Source: a virus (lineage: Duplodnaviria; Caudoviricetes). From it: a stretch of 53,944 bases of DNA. The stretch covers positions 1 through 53,944 of IMG/VR virus record IMGVR_UViG_3300032144_000013. One strand, 5' to 3'. The position numbers and the translations under genes are program-made. Below, piece after piece: positions 29,824 to 37,938 of the stretch. The notes beneath the pieces are model-generated. The model searched no databases, had not been told where the DNA came from, and saw only the letters and a list, made by a program, of their open reading frames with translations. Within the stretch, counting starts at the first letter, position 1, and each line of letters begins with the position of its first letter.

Positions 29824-30591
29824 CTACAGCAGTCCTAGATCTCGGTTCGTGCAAGCGTGCTCGCCGAACAACTCGATTGCCTTCTTGTCGTATGCTCGCG
29901 CCGCTTCAACCTCCGTCGCGAACCGGCCCACGTGCACCTGCTTCCGGTCAACAGTGATCGTCACCTTGAACGGTCGTGGACCGCGCTTTTCGCGGTACAC
30001 GCCCTTGAACGGGGATGACGCACCCCCTTCACGAATAACCTTCGCCGCGTTCCTGCCGTTTTCTCCCGACGTGACAACCCGAAGATTCTGTCTGCGGTTG
30101 TTCAGCCTGTTCCTGTCGCGGTGGTCGGTTTCCATGCCAGTTGGAGTTTTTGCGATTAGTCGGTGCATCGCGCCAGCGGATGCAGACCATGCGTACCCAG
30201 TCGGCGACAAGTACCACGAATGCTCCGCAACCAGGGGAGCGTCCTCGGCGTCGCACAGCGCGCATTCAGACGTGTTTCCGAGAGGAACCTTCGCAATGCC
30301 GTTCACGATGACTACCGCCGTCGTGTTCTTGCGAATCAGGTTGCATCTCCGGCAGTCGAGAGGATTGCCGTTTAGGTGTCTCACGTGCTCGCCCTTGCTG
30401 GTTTCGAGAATGAAACCGGGGAGCCGCGCGTACCCGCCCTTCCTGTCCGACGCCGATGTCTGAACGAATCTTTTTCCGTTCGCCGACGTTGCCACCCGCC
30501 AACGCATGCTCGACACTGACGGCAGATCGACAGCATCGACGATGATTTTCTCACCGCCAATTGCGGTGACTTCGGCAACCGCCTGTTGCAT
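29824..30591 (-). CDS. HNH-AP2 domain endonuclease
   Basis: Two HNH-like units (HLNGNPLDCRRCNL; DHRDRNRLNNRRQNLR) and C-terminal AP2 (FKGV...VGRFATEVEAARAYDKKA..LFGEHACTN). Confidence 0.85.
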   Translation of the reverse strand: MQQAVAEVTAIGGEKIIVDAVDLPSVSSMRWRVATSANGKRFVQTSASDRKGGYARLPGFILETSKGEHVRHLNGNPLDCRRCNLIRKNTTAVVIVNGIAKVPLGNTSECALCDAEDAPLVAEHSWYLSPTGYAWSASAGAMHRLIAKTPTGMETDHRDRNRLNNRRQNLRVVTSGENGRNAAKVIREGGASSPFKGVYREKRGPRPFKVTITVDRKQVHVGRFATEVEAARAYDKKAIELFGEHACTNRDLGLL

Positions 30592-30734
30592 GGAACGTCT
30601 CCGTCGCACATCCGACGGGTCGCTCAAGAATGAGCAAAGCGTCGGCGATCTCCTGAGTTCGTCATCGGGTCTCACGCCGATTCGGAACTCACCAAAAGTC
30701 AAAGCCGCGTATCAGGCCAGCCCCGACACGCGGC

Positions 30735-30763
30735 ATCTTTGCAAAGTTCTTTGCACCTTGCAA
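30735..30763 (-). promoter_or_regulatory. Putative early promoter overlapping a TGCAA-N6-TTGCA operator (30740-30755)
   Basis: TTGCAA-17 nt-AAAGAT; palindromic operator. Confidence 0.55.
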
Positions 30764-30772
30764 GAGAAAACT

Positions 30773-30994
30773 TCAAACATTTTGCGAAGTCGTCAAGTCT
30801 CGCCGAAATCCCTGCCCCGGTGCCTTGAATCTTTCGACGGCGCGGCGATCAAGGAACAGTTGGTTCCCGACGCGCTCGGCGCGGAGAAGTTGCGACTTGA
30901 TGTAGCGCGTAACTTGACTGTGACTCACGGCCAGAATCTCGGCCGCTTGCGCCACTGTGATCGCGTTCGATTTCAGCAGGCTTGCCATCTCCAT
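30773..30994 (-). CDS. Small helix-turn-helix (excisionase/HTH_17-like) regulator
   Basis: ITVAQAAEILAVSHSQVTRYIKSQLLRAERVGNQLFLDRRAVERF. Confidence 0.82.
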   Translation of the reverse strand: MEMASLLKSNAITVAQAAEILAVSHSQVTRYIKSQLLRAERVGNQLFLDRRAVERFKAPGQGFRRDLTTSQNV

Positions 30995-31001
30995 GCCCTC
31001 C

Positions 31002-31029
31002 AATGTAACGTCTGCAATACGGTTTGCAA
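31002..31029 (-). promoter_or_regulatory. Putative promoter overlapping a second TGCAA-N6-TTGCA operator (31013-31028)
   Basis: TTGCAA-16 nt-TACATT directly before the GGAGG RBS. Confidence 0.6.
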
Positions 31030-31303
31030 TGTAAAAACCGCCCTCGTGCGGGTGAGACTCACAGTTGTCCCGGAGATCGCCGAAAGCGACAGGACAGCCG
31101 CGAAACCGCACGGGGCGTTTTCAGTCTTCGTTCAGTCGTTCATCCAGGTTCCGCAGCACGTCGGCCAGCAAGCTCGCGACGTCCTGCGCGGTGGTGGTGT
31201 CTGCAACGGCCAATGCATTCGCCTCCGACTCCAATAGCTCCCACACTGACGCGGAGTCCTCTGTCATGCTGATGACCTTCCGGTGCGGCCCGGCTGGTCC
31301 GAC

Positions 31304-31374
31304 TTCCCTCGGTTGGAATCGAACCAACGACTCGGCGATGTAAGCGCCGCGCGTTGCCATTACGCCACGAGGGA
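31304..31374 (-). tRNA. tRNA-Val(UAC), CCA not encoded
   Basis: TCCCTCG TG GCGT AATGGCA ACGC G CGGCG CTTACAT CGCCG AGTC GTTGG TTCGATT CCAAC CGAGGGA A forms a full cloverleaf. Confidence 0.88.
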
Positions 31375-31391
31375 GCACGCGCCACCAACGT

Positions 31392-31419
31392 AGCTTATCC
31401 AGATTCGGAAATCTTGCAA
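31392..31419 (-). promoter_or_regulatory. Putative promoter for tRNA-Val
   Basis: TTGCAA-16 nt-TAAGCT, 17 nt upstream of the tRNA. Confidence 0.5.
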
Positions 31420-31647
31420 GTCCTTACCGTGTAAGAGTTTACGGCGTTGAGTGAGGCGCGCTAACCCTGAGTGGAGGCGCAAAGGTGGATGACTGTTGCT
31501 GCTGCGTAGGCGGTAACGGGTGCTGCGTCGGTATTTTTCCGATGCGCCGTATCGGGTGGATTTCTTCGGCACTGGAGGCTCGCAAATGCGATTTAACAAA
31601 TGTCTCAATCTCACCTCGCTGCACGCCGGGCCACATCGGGCGTTCGC

Positions 31648-32592
31648 ATGCAAGATGCCTTCGACGGCACAGCCGCGCGCCGTCTCAATGCGCGGACCTG
31701 TTTCGACACGCTCTACAAGCTGTGGGCACCAGACCTGGCCCCACGCACGGAGCGCCGCTACAGGCATGAGCTGAACCGATGGGAAAAGCTCACCAACGAT
31801 CCGCCGTTGTCCGAGATTTCGACAACGCTCTATCAGCAGTTCCGGGCATCCTCTTCCCAGCTCGGACACGCTGCCGGCACAACCGAATCGACCCTGAGAT
31901 TCATCCGGCAACTGATGCGCTGTGCCCTCGCGCACGGGGCCATCAACGTCATCCCCGATCGGGGCCGCGCCCGGCGCATTGACGCTCCACAGCCGCACCC
32001 GCCGTCGATCGACGAACTCGACCGAATGTTCCGGGTCTGCGAGGTGGCGCGCTGGCCGCGACTCCACGTTCCCACGAAAATATTCTGGCGAAGCTGGATG
32101 GCCGTGGCACTATGGACGGCACTGCGCCGCGAGGACATTTTCTGGCGGTTGGCACTGGAGCACATCGACTTCAAGGAAAGCCGCATCCTGTTCCGGGCGC
32201 ACAAGAGCAGCGTCCCGCATACGTTCCCCTTGAACGAGATCGTCACCCGCCACATTCGGGCAATGGTCCCCACATTCTCCCACAACACCCGCCGCGTGCT
32301 GTTCAACCCGTCGCGAAGTCCGCACCTGATTCAGCGCGAGCTTGACCGGATGGCAGACGCTGCTGAAGTGCGCAGGATCACCCCGCAGAACTTCCGGCAG
32401 GCGGGAATCAATATGTGGACGATTGCCGATCCCAGGGCCGGAGAAGTCATCCACGGCGTCGGAATCCCCCGCGTCCTGAGCCACTACCTCGACCGGCTCC
32501 AGATTTTGAAGAACGCCGCCGACAACGTGATTGTCCCCGCGTCAATGACGGAGTTTGGCTCTGGTCGCCGGCAGGGGACGCTGTTCGATTGA
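31648..32592 (+). CDS. int: Tyrosine recombinase/integrase
   Basis: TALRREDI (R), HKS (K), PQNFRQ (HxxR variant), IHG, SHY (Tyr); N-terminal core-binding-like helices; start could be 31600. Confidence 0.85.
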   Translation: MQDAFDGTAARRLNARTCFDTLYKLWAPDLAPRTERRYRHELNRWEKLTNDPPLSEISTTLYQQFRASSSQLGHAAGTTESTLRFIRQLMRCALAHGAINVIPDRGRARRIDAPQPHPPSIDELDRMFRVCEVARWPRLHVPTKIFWRSWMAVALWTALRREDIFWRLALEHIDFKESRILFRAHKSSVPHTFPLNEIVTRHIRAMVPTFSHNTRRVLFNPSRSPHLIQRELDRMADAAEVRRITPQNFRQAGINMWTIADPRAGEVIHGVGIPRVLSHYLDRLQILKNAADNVIVPASMTEFGSGRRQGTLFD

Positions 32593-32715
32593 CGACGTAC
32601 CACGCCGTTGCGCTGGCTGTGCGGCACGGGCTGATCTAGCGTCCAGATTGACAACGCCGGCCGCGCGATGCGACGATGATGCCGTCAACGGGCCGCTCTC
32701 TCGGGGGAAGAATCT

Positions 32716-33849
32716 ATGAAGCGTTCTGGCTTCACGATGATTGAAATGCTCGTTGTGCTCTCGATCATCCTGCTGCTGTTCGGCCTGACAATGACCGTCA
32801 TTACGGCGTCGATGGACAACGCCAGGGCCGACGCGACGCGAACGACGGTCAGCTACATCGACAAGGCGATCGAGGACCGCATCGAAGCGCTGGGTCGGAA
32901 CAATGTCCGATCACACGCCCGCGCGTTCATGGTGGCGTATAACGTAATCAACGCGGACAAGATCGACGAACCGCTGGCTCGCGTCATTGTCACCAAAGAC
33001 CGATTCCAGCAGGCGCTGCCGACCCGATTGGAGGATATGTTCGGTCTCGACGGCACTCCGGGGACTCAGGACGACAGCCCGCTCTGGAGAGTCTGGAAGA
33101 AGACGATGAACGCGAATGGCATCGTCACCACTGACGCCGACATCCGGCCGACCGGGCACATCCGGGAGAACGAGAACGCCGAACTGCTCTATCTGTTTCT
33201 GACTGAAGGCGCGACCTACGGAGAGATACGGTTCCGCAGCGACGACATTATCACGCGGCACCTACGGGATTCGCCGATCGACACTGACGGCAACGGGTCG
33301 TTCGACAGACCCGGCAACGGAATCCCCGAGATCATCGACGAGTGGGGCAACCGGATCCGGTTCTACGGCTGGACTCACAAGCTCACGCGGCCAGGTGGCG
33401 GAACTACGGACATCAATCAGCCGCTGTTCACGGCAACGGCTGGACACATGCTGAACACGATCAACCCTCCGGCGTCCCCAGTGCCGTTCACGATGACCGG
33501 CCACATGGACAGTCCGCTGAATCAGGATCCAGACGACCCGTACGGGCGGCTCTCTGCCGCACAGAACTCAACCGGCTTCGCGTCTGCCCCGTACCAGATT
33601 CGCCTGCCGTCAGGTGCAGTCGTGACGTGCAAGGCGTTCAACGAGGACAACTATCACCCTCTCGACACGTACAGCATTCCGCTTGTTGTGTCGGCTGGAC
33701 CGGACGGAGTTCTCGGTCTGGTAGAGCCGACCGGCTTTGATCCGATGACCGGAAACTATGACGCGGACCTGCGCACGGCCGAACCGCTTGGGTATCGTGC
33801 TGCGTGGCGCACGGACGCTGTCTACGACAACATCACGGCGCACAACTAG
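32716..33849 (+). CDS. Prepilin-type N-terminal cleavage/methylation domain protein (type IV pilin/pseudopilin-like)
   Basis: MKRSG/FTMIEMLVVLSIILLLFGL class III signal; EIIDEWGNRIRFY and PLVVSAGPDG motifs; TTGACA at 32648 upstream. Confidence 0.88.
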   Translation: MKRSGFTMIEMLVVLSIILLLFGLTMTVITASMDNARADATRTTVSYIDKAIEDRIEALGRNNVRSHARAFMVAYNVINADKIDEPLARVIVTKDRFQQALPTRLEDMFGLDGTPGTQDDSPLWRVWKKTMNANGIVTTDADIRPTGHIRENENAELLYLFLTEGATYGEIRFRSDDIITRHLRDSPIDTDGNGSFDRPGNGIPEIIDEWGNRIRFYGWTHKLTRPGGGTTDINQPLFTATAGHMLNTINPPASPVPFTMTGHMDSPLNQDPDDPYGRLSAAQNSTGFASAPYQIRLPSGAVVTCKAFNEDNYHPLDTYSIPLVVSAGPDGVLGLVEPTGFDPMTGNYDADLRTAEPLGYRAAWRTDAVYDNITAHN

Positions 33850-34583
33850 CCGGACATCCCGCGCAGTCTGGTCGGAATCTCCTTGCTTCCCGAAATCACG
33901 TCAGTCTCCAAAGTTCCATCGGGACCAACGACGTACATCATCGGCGTGGCGAACTTCCCGTACCTGAGCGAGATTTCCCACTGCTTCTGCATGACGATCG
34001 GGAACGTCAGTCCGAGCTTTTCCGCCTTCGCGACAGTCGCCGCTGCGTCTCTCCGGCTAATCATCAGCACCTTGACGCCGCGCTCATGCGCCGCCTGCAC
34101 CTCGGGCACCACGGCATCGCACGGACCGCAGTTCGGGTCTGAGAACACCAGAACCAACCGCTCCCCGGCATAGTCAGCCAGTGCAACTTCCGCACTTCCG
34201 TTTGCCAGCGGGAGCTTGAACCCCGGCGCGACGGTTCCGGACTTGAGTCCGTTGCGCTCGATTTTGCTTCGCGCGAGCGATGGATCTGGCTGCTTTCCTT
34301 CCGGGACTTCTTCCCGCTTTTTTTTAGCGGCAGCGACGGCTGATTCCGCCTTCATACGCTTCAGAGACACGAGCGGCAGCGTGACGACCTCCACCCGCTC
34401 GCCGTTGAAGAACGTACCGAAATCGTCGTGACAGTCCGGGCAATGCCACTTGCCAATGATGAATCCGCCACTGTCCGAGGTCTTGGACGCAACCATCTTC
34501 GGTTTCATGTACTGCATGTTCGGGTGCTGGCACACCTCCACAACGCCATCGACGGTTTCCATCTCTTCGGTTTGCATGTCCAT
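33846..34583 (-). CDS. Redoxin (TlpA/MauD-like thioredoxin fold)
   Basis: GLKSGTVAPGFKLP...LVLVFSDPNCGPC...ATPMMYVVGPDG. Confidence 0.85.
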   Translation of the reverse strand: MDMQTEEMETVDGVVEVCQHPNMQYMKPKMVASKTSDSGGFIIGKWHCPDCHDDFGTFFNGERVEVVTLPLVSLKRMKAESAVAAAKKKREEVPEGKQPDPSLARSKIERNGLKSGTVAPGFKLPLANGSAEVALADYAGERLVLVFSDPNCGPCDAVVPEVQAAHERGVKVLMISRRDAAATVAKAEKLGLTFPIVMQKQWEISLRYGKFATPMMYVVGPDGTLETDVISGSKEIPTRLRGMSG

Positions 34584-34586
34584 TCC

Positions 34587-36326
34587 TTACGCCGGCACGT
34601 TGTCACAGGTTTCTGAACCGGCCGCGCACTCACAGAAGCGAGCAGCGCACGGCGCGGTGTCGAAGGCTTTCGAGTTGTCCGATCCCGACAGAGCAAAGCA
34701 CTCTGCCTCCGATCCGACGTACGTACATTCGCAATCGTCGTCGCTGGAGCAGTCTTCGGAGCCGCCGCCGACAGTCGAGACGCAGCACGAGTTGCAGCCG
34801 GGGATTTCGGCGCAAGTAGTCCCCGGCCCCCAACTGAATTCGTCAGCGCCAACGCAATCAGATGCTGGCACCTCGTTACACGTTCCGTTCGACCGGCAGC
34901 AGGCGACGTTGCACTCGTCACAGGACGCTGCGGGCGTGCCGCTAACCGCCAGGCAGGCCGCGTAGCCGATGGCAGCGCATGTCCCGTCAGGCATGCAGCA
35001 GACGTCGGCGAAGCAGTCACCGGGAGAACAATCGACCCCGGCATTCCACTCCCCACCGATGTCTTCGCAAATCGTCTGGTCGATGTAGTCGTAGCAGGCG
35101 TTCTGGTAGCAGCAGTAGCCAAGCGGATTCGCCGGCGCTGCCGTGCTCGTGCAATCCACGTCGACGCACGCACCGGAAGACGTCGGCGAGATCGGAGCGC
35201 CGGGAGCTTTCAGGGTGAGAGTGTCGGGGCCGTCGCAGAAGTCTTCAGCATGCGCCATCGCCGTGAGGGTGATATCCGAGCCGTCGTACGGAAACGAGAC
35301 GCTTCCAGAGTACGCAGCCACCGGTGAATGCGTCCCGCAAGTAAGAGACGTCCCCCCGATGCCATCAGACGTGATCCTTGTTCCACCCTGATAGATGTTG
35401 AGAATGAGATTGCACTCGTCGCCTCCGAAAAAGCCTCCTCCTCCGCCACCAGTCGCGGACATCTCCGCGTGAAAGACTCGGTCGCACGTTGTGTCGTCGG
35501 AGCTGAACCACGAGTTGCAGCGGTTTCCAGTCAGAGGATCGTCGTCGAGATCGGGATTCGTTTTGATCTCATCGTTCTTCCAACGACACGTACCGCTGCT
35601 CCGCAGAACGAACGTCGCATTGAACAGTTCGCAGGCATAGTCGCCGCACGCGAACGGTCCGGTCCCTTGAACCCATCCGTCACTCTCCACCAGGAACGTG
35701 ATGTCCGACGCAAAGCAGTTCGTACACTCGAACCCGCCCAAGTCCCCGCTCGGCGCAACCGGCTTCAGGCACGCATAGCAGGACAAACGGGAGCGGTTGA
35801 TTCCCTCGAACAGTCCGTACGGCTTCGCCAGGATGAACTTGTTGTCGCAGTTGCACTGGAACCCATCCATTCCGTATTCAAGGCAGACGTCATCGCCGCT
35901 GTTGTCAGTCTCGACTACCAGACGCATGATGGTTCGGCCGTCAACGTCGGCTTCGATGTAGAACACGAAGACATCGTCGTTGTCGGGGATCGTAAACGGC
36001 GTACTGATCCAGTCGTCGGACCCCGCGTAGAAGAAGTCCAGTTCCTCTTCCGACGCCCCGGAGATCGGGTTTGTCATCGTAAAATGCGGGTGCCCCTCAC
36101 AGCACTCCGTCGCGCTCGGCAACGTCACGCCCGCGATGCAGTGGCCGCAGTCGCACTCGACGCCATCGGGGAAGCCGTTGTCGGGGGCGCTGGTGCTGGT
36201 GCCGCCATACCGACGGCTGATCTGCTCCGGCACGCGAAGATAGGCACGCGGCGTACCCTCCACGCGGCGCGTTGCTGCTGCGATGCGCTTCGCGTCGTTC
36301 GTGCGGAAGATGCCGTAGTCGGCCAT
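34587..36326 (-). CDS. Cysteine-rich tail-end protein (candidate receptor-binding protein)
   Basis: About 50 Cys in 579 aa with CC..DG.C repeats; last structural gene of the tail operon. Confidence 0.65.
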   Translation of the reverse strand: MADYGIFRTNDAKRIAAATRRVEGTPRAYLRVPEQISRRYGGTSTSAPDNGFPDGVECDCGHCIAGVTLPSATECCEGHPHFTMTNPISGASEEELDFFYAGSDDWISTPFTIPDNDDVFVFYIEADVDGRTIMRLVVETDNSGDDVCLEYGMDGFQCNCDNKFILAKPYGLFEGINRSRLSCYACLKPVAPSGDLGGFECTNCFASDITFLVESDGWVQGTGPFACGDYACELFNATFVLRSSGTCRWKNDEIKTNPDLDDDPLTGNRCNSWFSSDDTTCDRVFHAEMSATGGGGGGFFGGDECNLILNIYQGGTRITSDGIGGTSLTCGTHSPVAAYSGSVSFPYDGSDITLTAMAHAEDFCDGPDTLTLKAPGAPISPTSSGACVDVDCTSTAAPANPLGYCCYQNACYDYIDQTICEDIGGEWNAGVDCSPGDCFADVCCMPDGTCAAIGYAACLAVSGTPAASCDECNVACCRSNGTCNEVPASDCVGADEFSWGPGTTCAEIPGCNSCCVSTVGGGSEDCSSDDDCECTYVGSEAECFALSGSDNSKAFDTAPCAARFCECAAGSETCDNVPA

Positions 36327-36985
36327 CAGTAGCTGTACCGGTACTTAACGATGACGCTGCGCAGGGTTACGGACGGCACCCCGGTCCCGCTTGCCTTCTG
36401 GAGCTGTACGAACGGTTGCAGGTACGTCGGGTCGGCAGCCGCTTCCATCGAGAACGTCGTGCCGCTCGATCGCCGCTGTCCGTCCACGTAGAACCGGATG
36501 TCGTCCAGCCCATTCGCGAAGTCCACCCGCAACCGCCTAACAGTGCTTGACAGCGAAGAGAGCGTGGCAATGTCGTTGTTGTCCGCCGTGCCGTCGTCGG
36601 TCTCCACAACCAGCAGGGACGTTGACGCAGAGCCTTCCATGCGGAACCAGGCGTTCGTCGCCACAGAGTCCGCCGTGTCGTTCTGTGCACTCGCCAGCCC
36701 CATCGTGAGCGTCGTTACGGCGTCGATGCCGCTGACGCTTGCCGCCCACTCGATGGACGCGATGTCGTTCAGGGTGAACGGCAGGACGTTGTTCTGGTAG
36801 AGCGTTGCGATTTGAGCTTCGTTGGTGCTCGTCAAACTGCCGACCATGCCAACGCCACTGACGCAGAGCCACGTCGGCGTCGTTCCGGTGATCTTCGACG
36901 TCCAGCCGTTGAAGCCTGGCGTGGTCGTCAGCGCCTGCGCGCGCCGGAAGTCGTCGATGAACGTGTAGGTTCCGCTTGTAGCCAT
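36326..36985 (-). CDS. Putative tail protein, lectin/beta-sandwich-like
   Basis: FIDDF start; beta-rich; RFYVDG. Confidence 0.55.
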   Translation of the reverse strand: MATSGTYTFIDDFRRAQALTTTPGFNGWTSKITGTTPTWLCVSGVGMVGSLTSTNEAQIATLYQNNVLPFTLNDIASIEWAASVSGIDAVTTLTMGLASAQNDTADSVATNAWFRMEGSASTSLLVVETDDGTADNNDIATLSSLSSTVRRLRVDFANGLDDIRFYVDGQRRSSGTTFSMEAAADPTYLQPFVQLQKASGTGVPSVTLRSVIVKYRYSY

Positions 36986-36987
36986 TG

Positions 36988-37938
36988 TCAGTCCACCGGG
37001 AGATTCAGGTCGTTGAAATCGACCTCTTCGTAGATGTCGAAGTTCAGGTAGTTCACGAAGTCTGGAAGGTCCACTGCTTGGAGAACATTTCCGATTGTTG
37101 CCGTTGAAGTGGCTGAGTTCCCAAGCGCACCTTCAAGAGGCACCGGAGACGGAATCGGCGTGGCCCCGTTCGCATTGTCCGGGTCGCCGTGGTAGGTGCC
37201 GTCTTTGTCAACAAAGATTGGTTTCCTCTTGCTGTCGGCTGGGTCGATGAACCAGTAGTCGGCATCCAGAACACGCATGGGTCGCCACTGGTCGCTGAAT
37301 CCGTTGCACGCCTCGAACTCGTACGTCACCATCCAGAACTTCGTCGGGTTCCCGTCGGCGTCCTGCTCCCACTCCTCAGTCGCCTCGATGTTTGTGCACA
37401 GCACTTCTCCGGCGACATATATTCCGAAGTCCGCTGAGTTCACCTTGCCGGCGTACTGACGAATCGTCGCCGTGCTGAATGACTGCTCCCATCGCACGAA
37501 GCGCACCACGGGGTGCGGCATGCTGACAACGAGAGGCGGATTGAACGGCGTCTTGGCGCTCGTGACGATCGGGTCGCCATTGACGTCCTGCATCAACGCC
37601 ATTTCGACCCAGCGGATTGACGCCGAACGCTTCACTGGACGCAGAGTCGGCGGCTGCTGCTTGTCCTCCTGGTTTCCCTTCTCCCGCGAATAGCGAACCG
37701 ATACTCGCCAGTGCAGACGTGAGTCCAGTTGCTGCTGCGGACGCCGACTGCTCACGCGAGCCAGCGGATCGCCATCGAACGGCGCACCAAACGATGGCAG
37801 GTTCGCCGCAGTCAGGACGACAGCACCCGTGTCAGTTGGGTCCGTCGTGAAGACCTGCCATTCCTCCTCGTACGCGAAACCCTCGTATGTCTCGTCGCCC
37901 GACGATTGGTTCTGGAGTGTTGCGGCTTCGGCGCTCAT
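36988..37938 (-). CDS. Putative distal tail/baseplate hub protein
   Basis: Immediately follows the tape measure gene. Confidence 0.55.
   Translation of the reverse strand: MSAEAATLQNQSSGDETYEGFAYEEEWQVFTTDPTDTGAVVLTAANLPSFGAPFDGDPLARVSSRRPQQQLDSRLHWRVSVRYSREKGNQEDKQQPPTLRPVKRSASIRWVEMALMQDVNGDPIVTSAKTPFNPPLVVSMPHPVVRFVRWEQSFSTATIRQYAGKVNSADFGIYVAGEVLCTNIEATEEWEQDADGNPTKFWMVTYEFEACNGFSDQWRPMRVLDADYWFIDPADSKRKPIFVDKDGTYHGDPDNANGATPIPSPVPLEGALGNSATSTATIGNVLQAVDLPDFVNYLNFDIYEEVDFNDLNLPVD

Noticed and set aside
31468-31480. tmRNA/tRNA 3'-end-like att core (CGCCTCCAC on the minus strand)
   Set aside because: Only 9 nt with no adjoining T-arm; could be chance
32716-34583. Host chromosomal flank (prophage boundary) at the pilin and redoxin genes
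   Set aside because: Phage genes continue on both sides and the redoxin follows the tail operon by 3 nt, so these are treated as phage cargo
34587-36326. Possible diversity-generating retroelement target
   Set aside because: No reverse transcriptase and no TR/VR repeat pair seen
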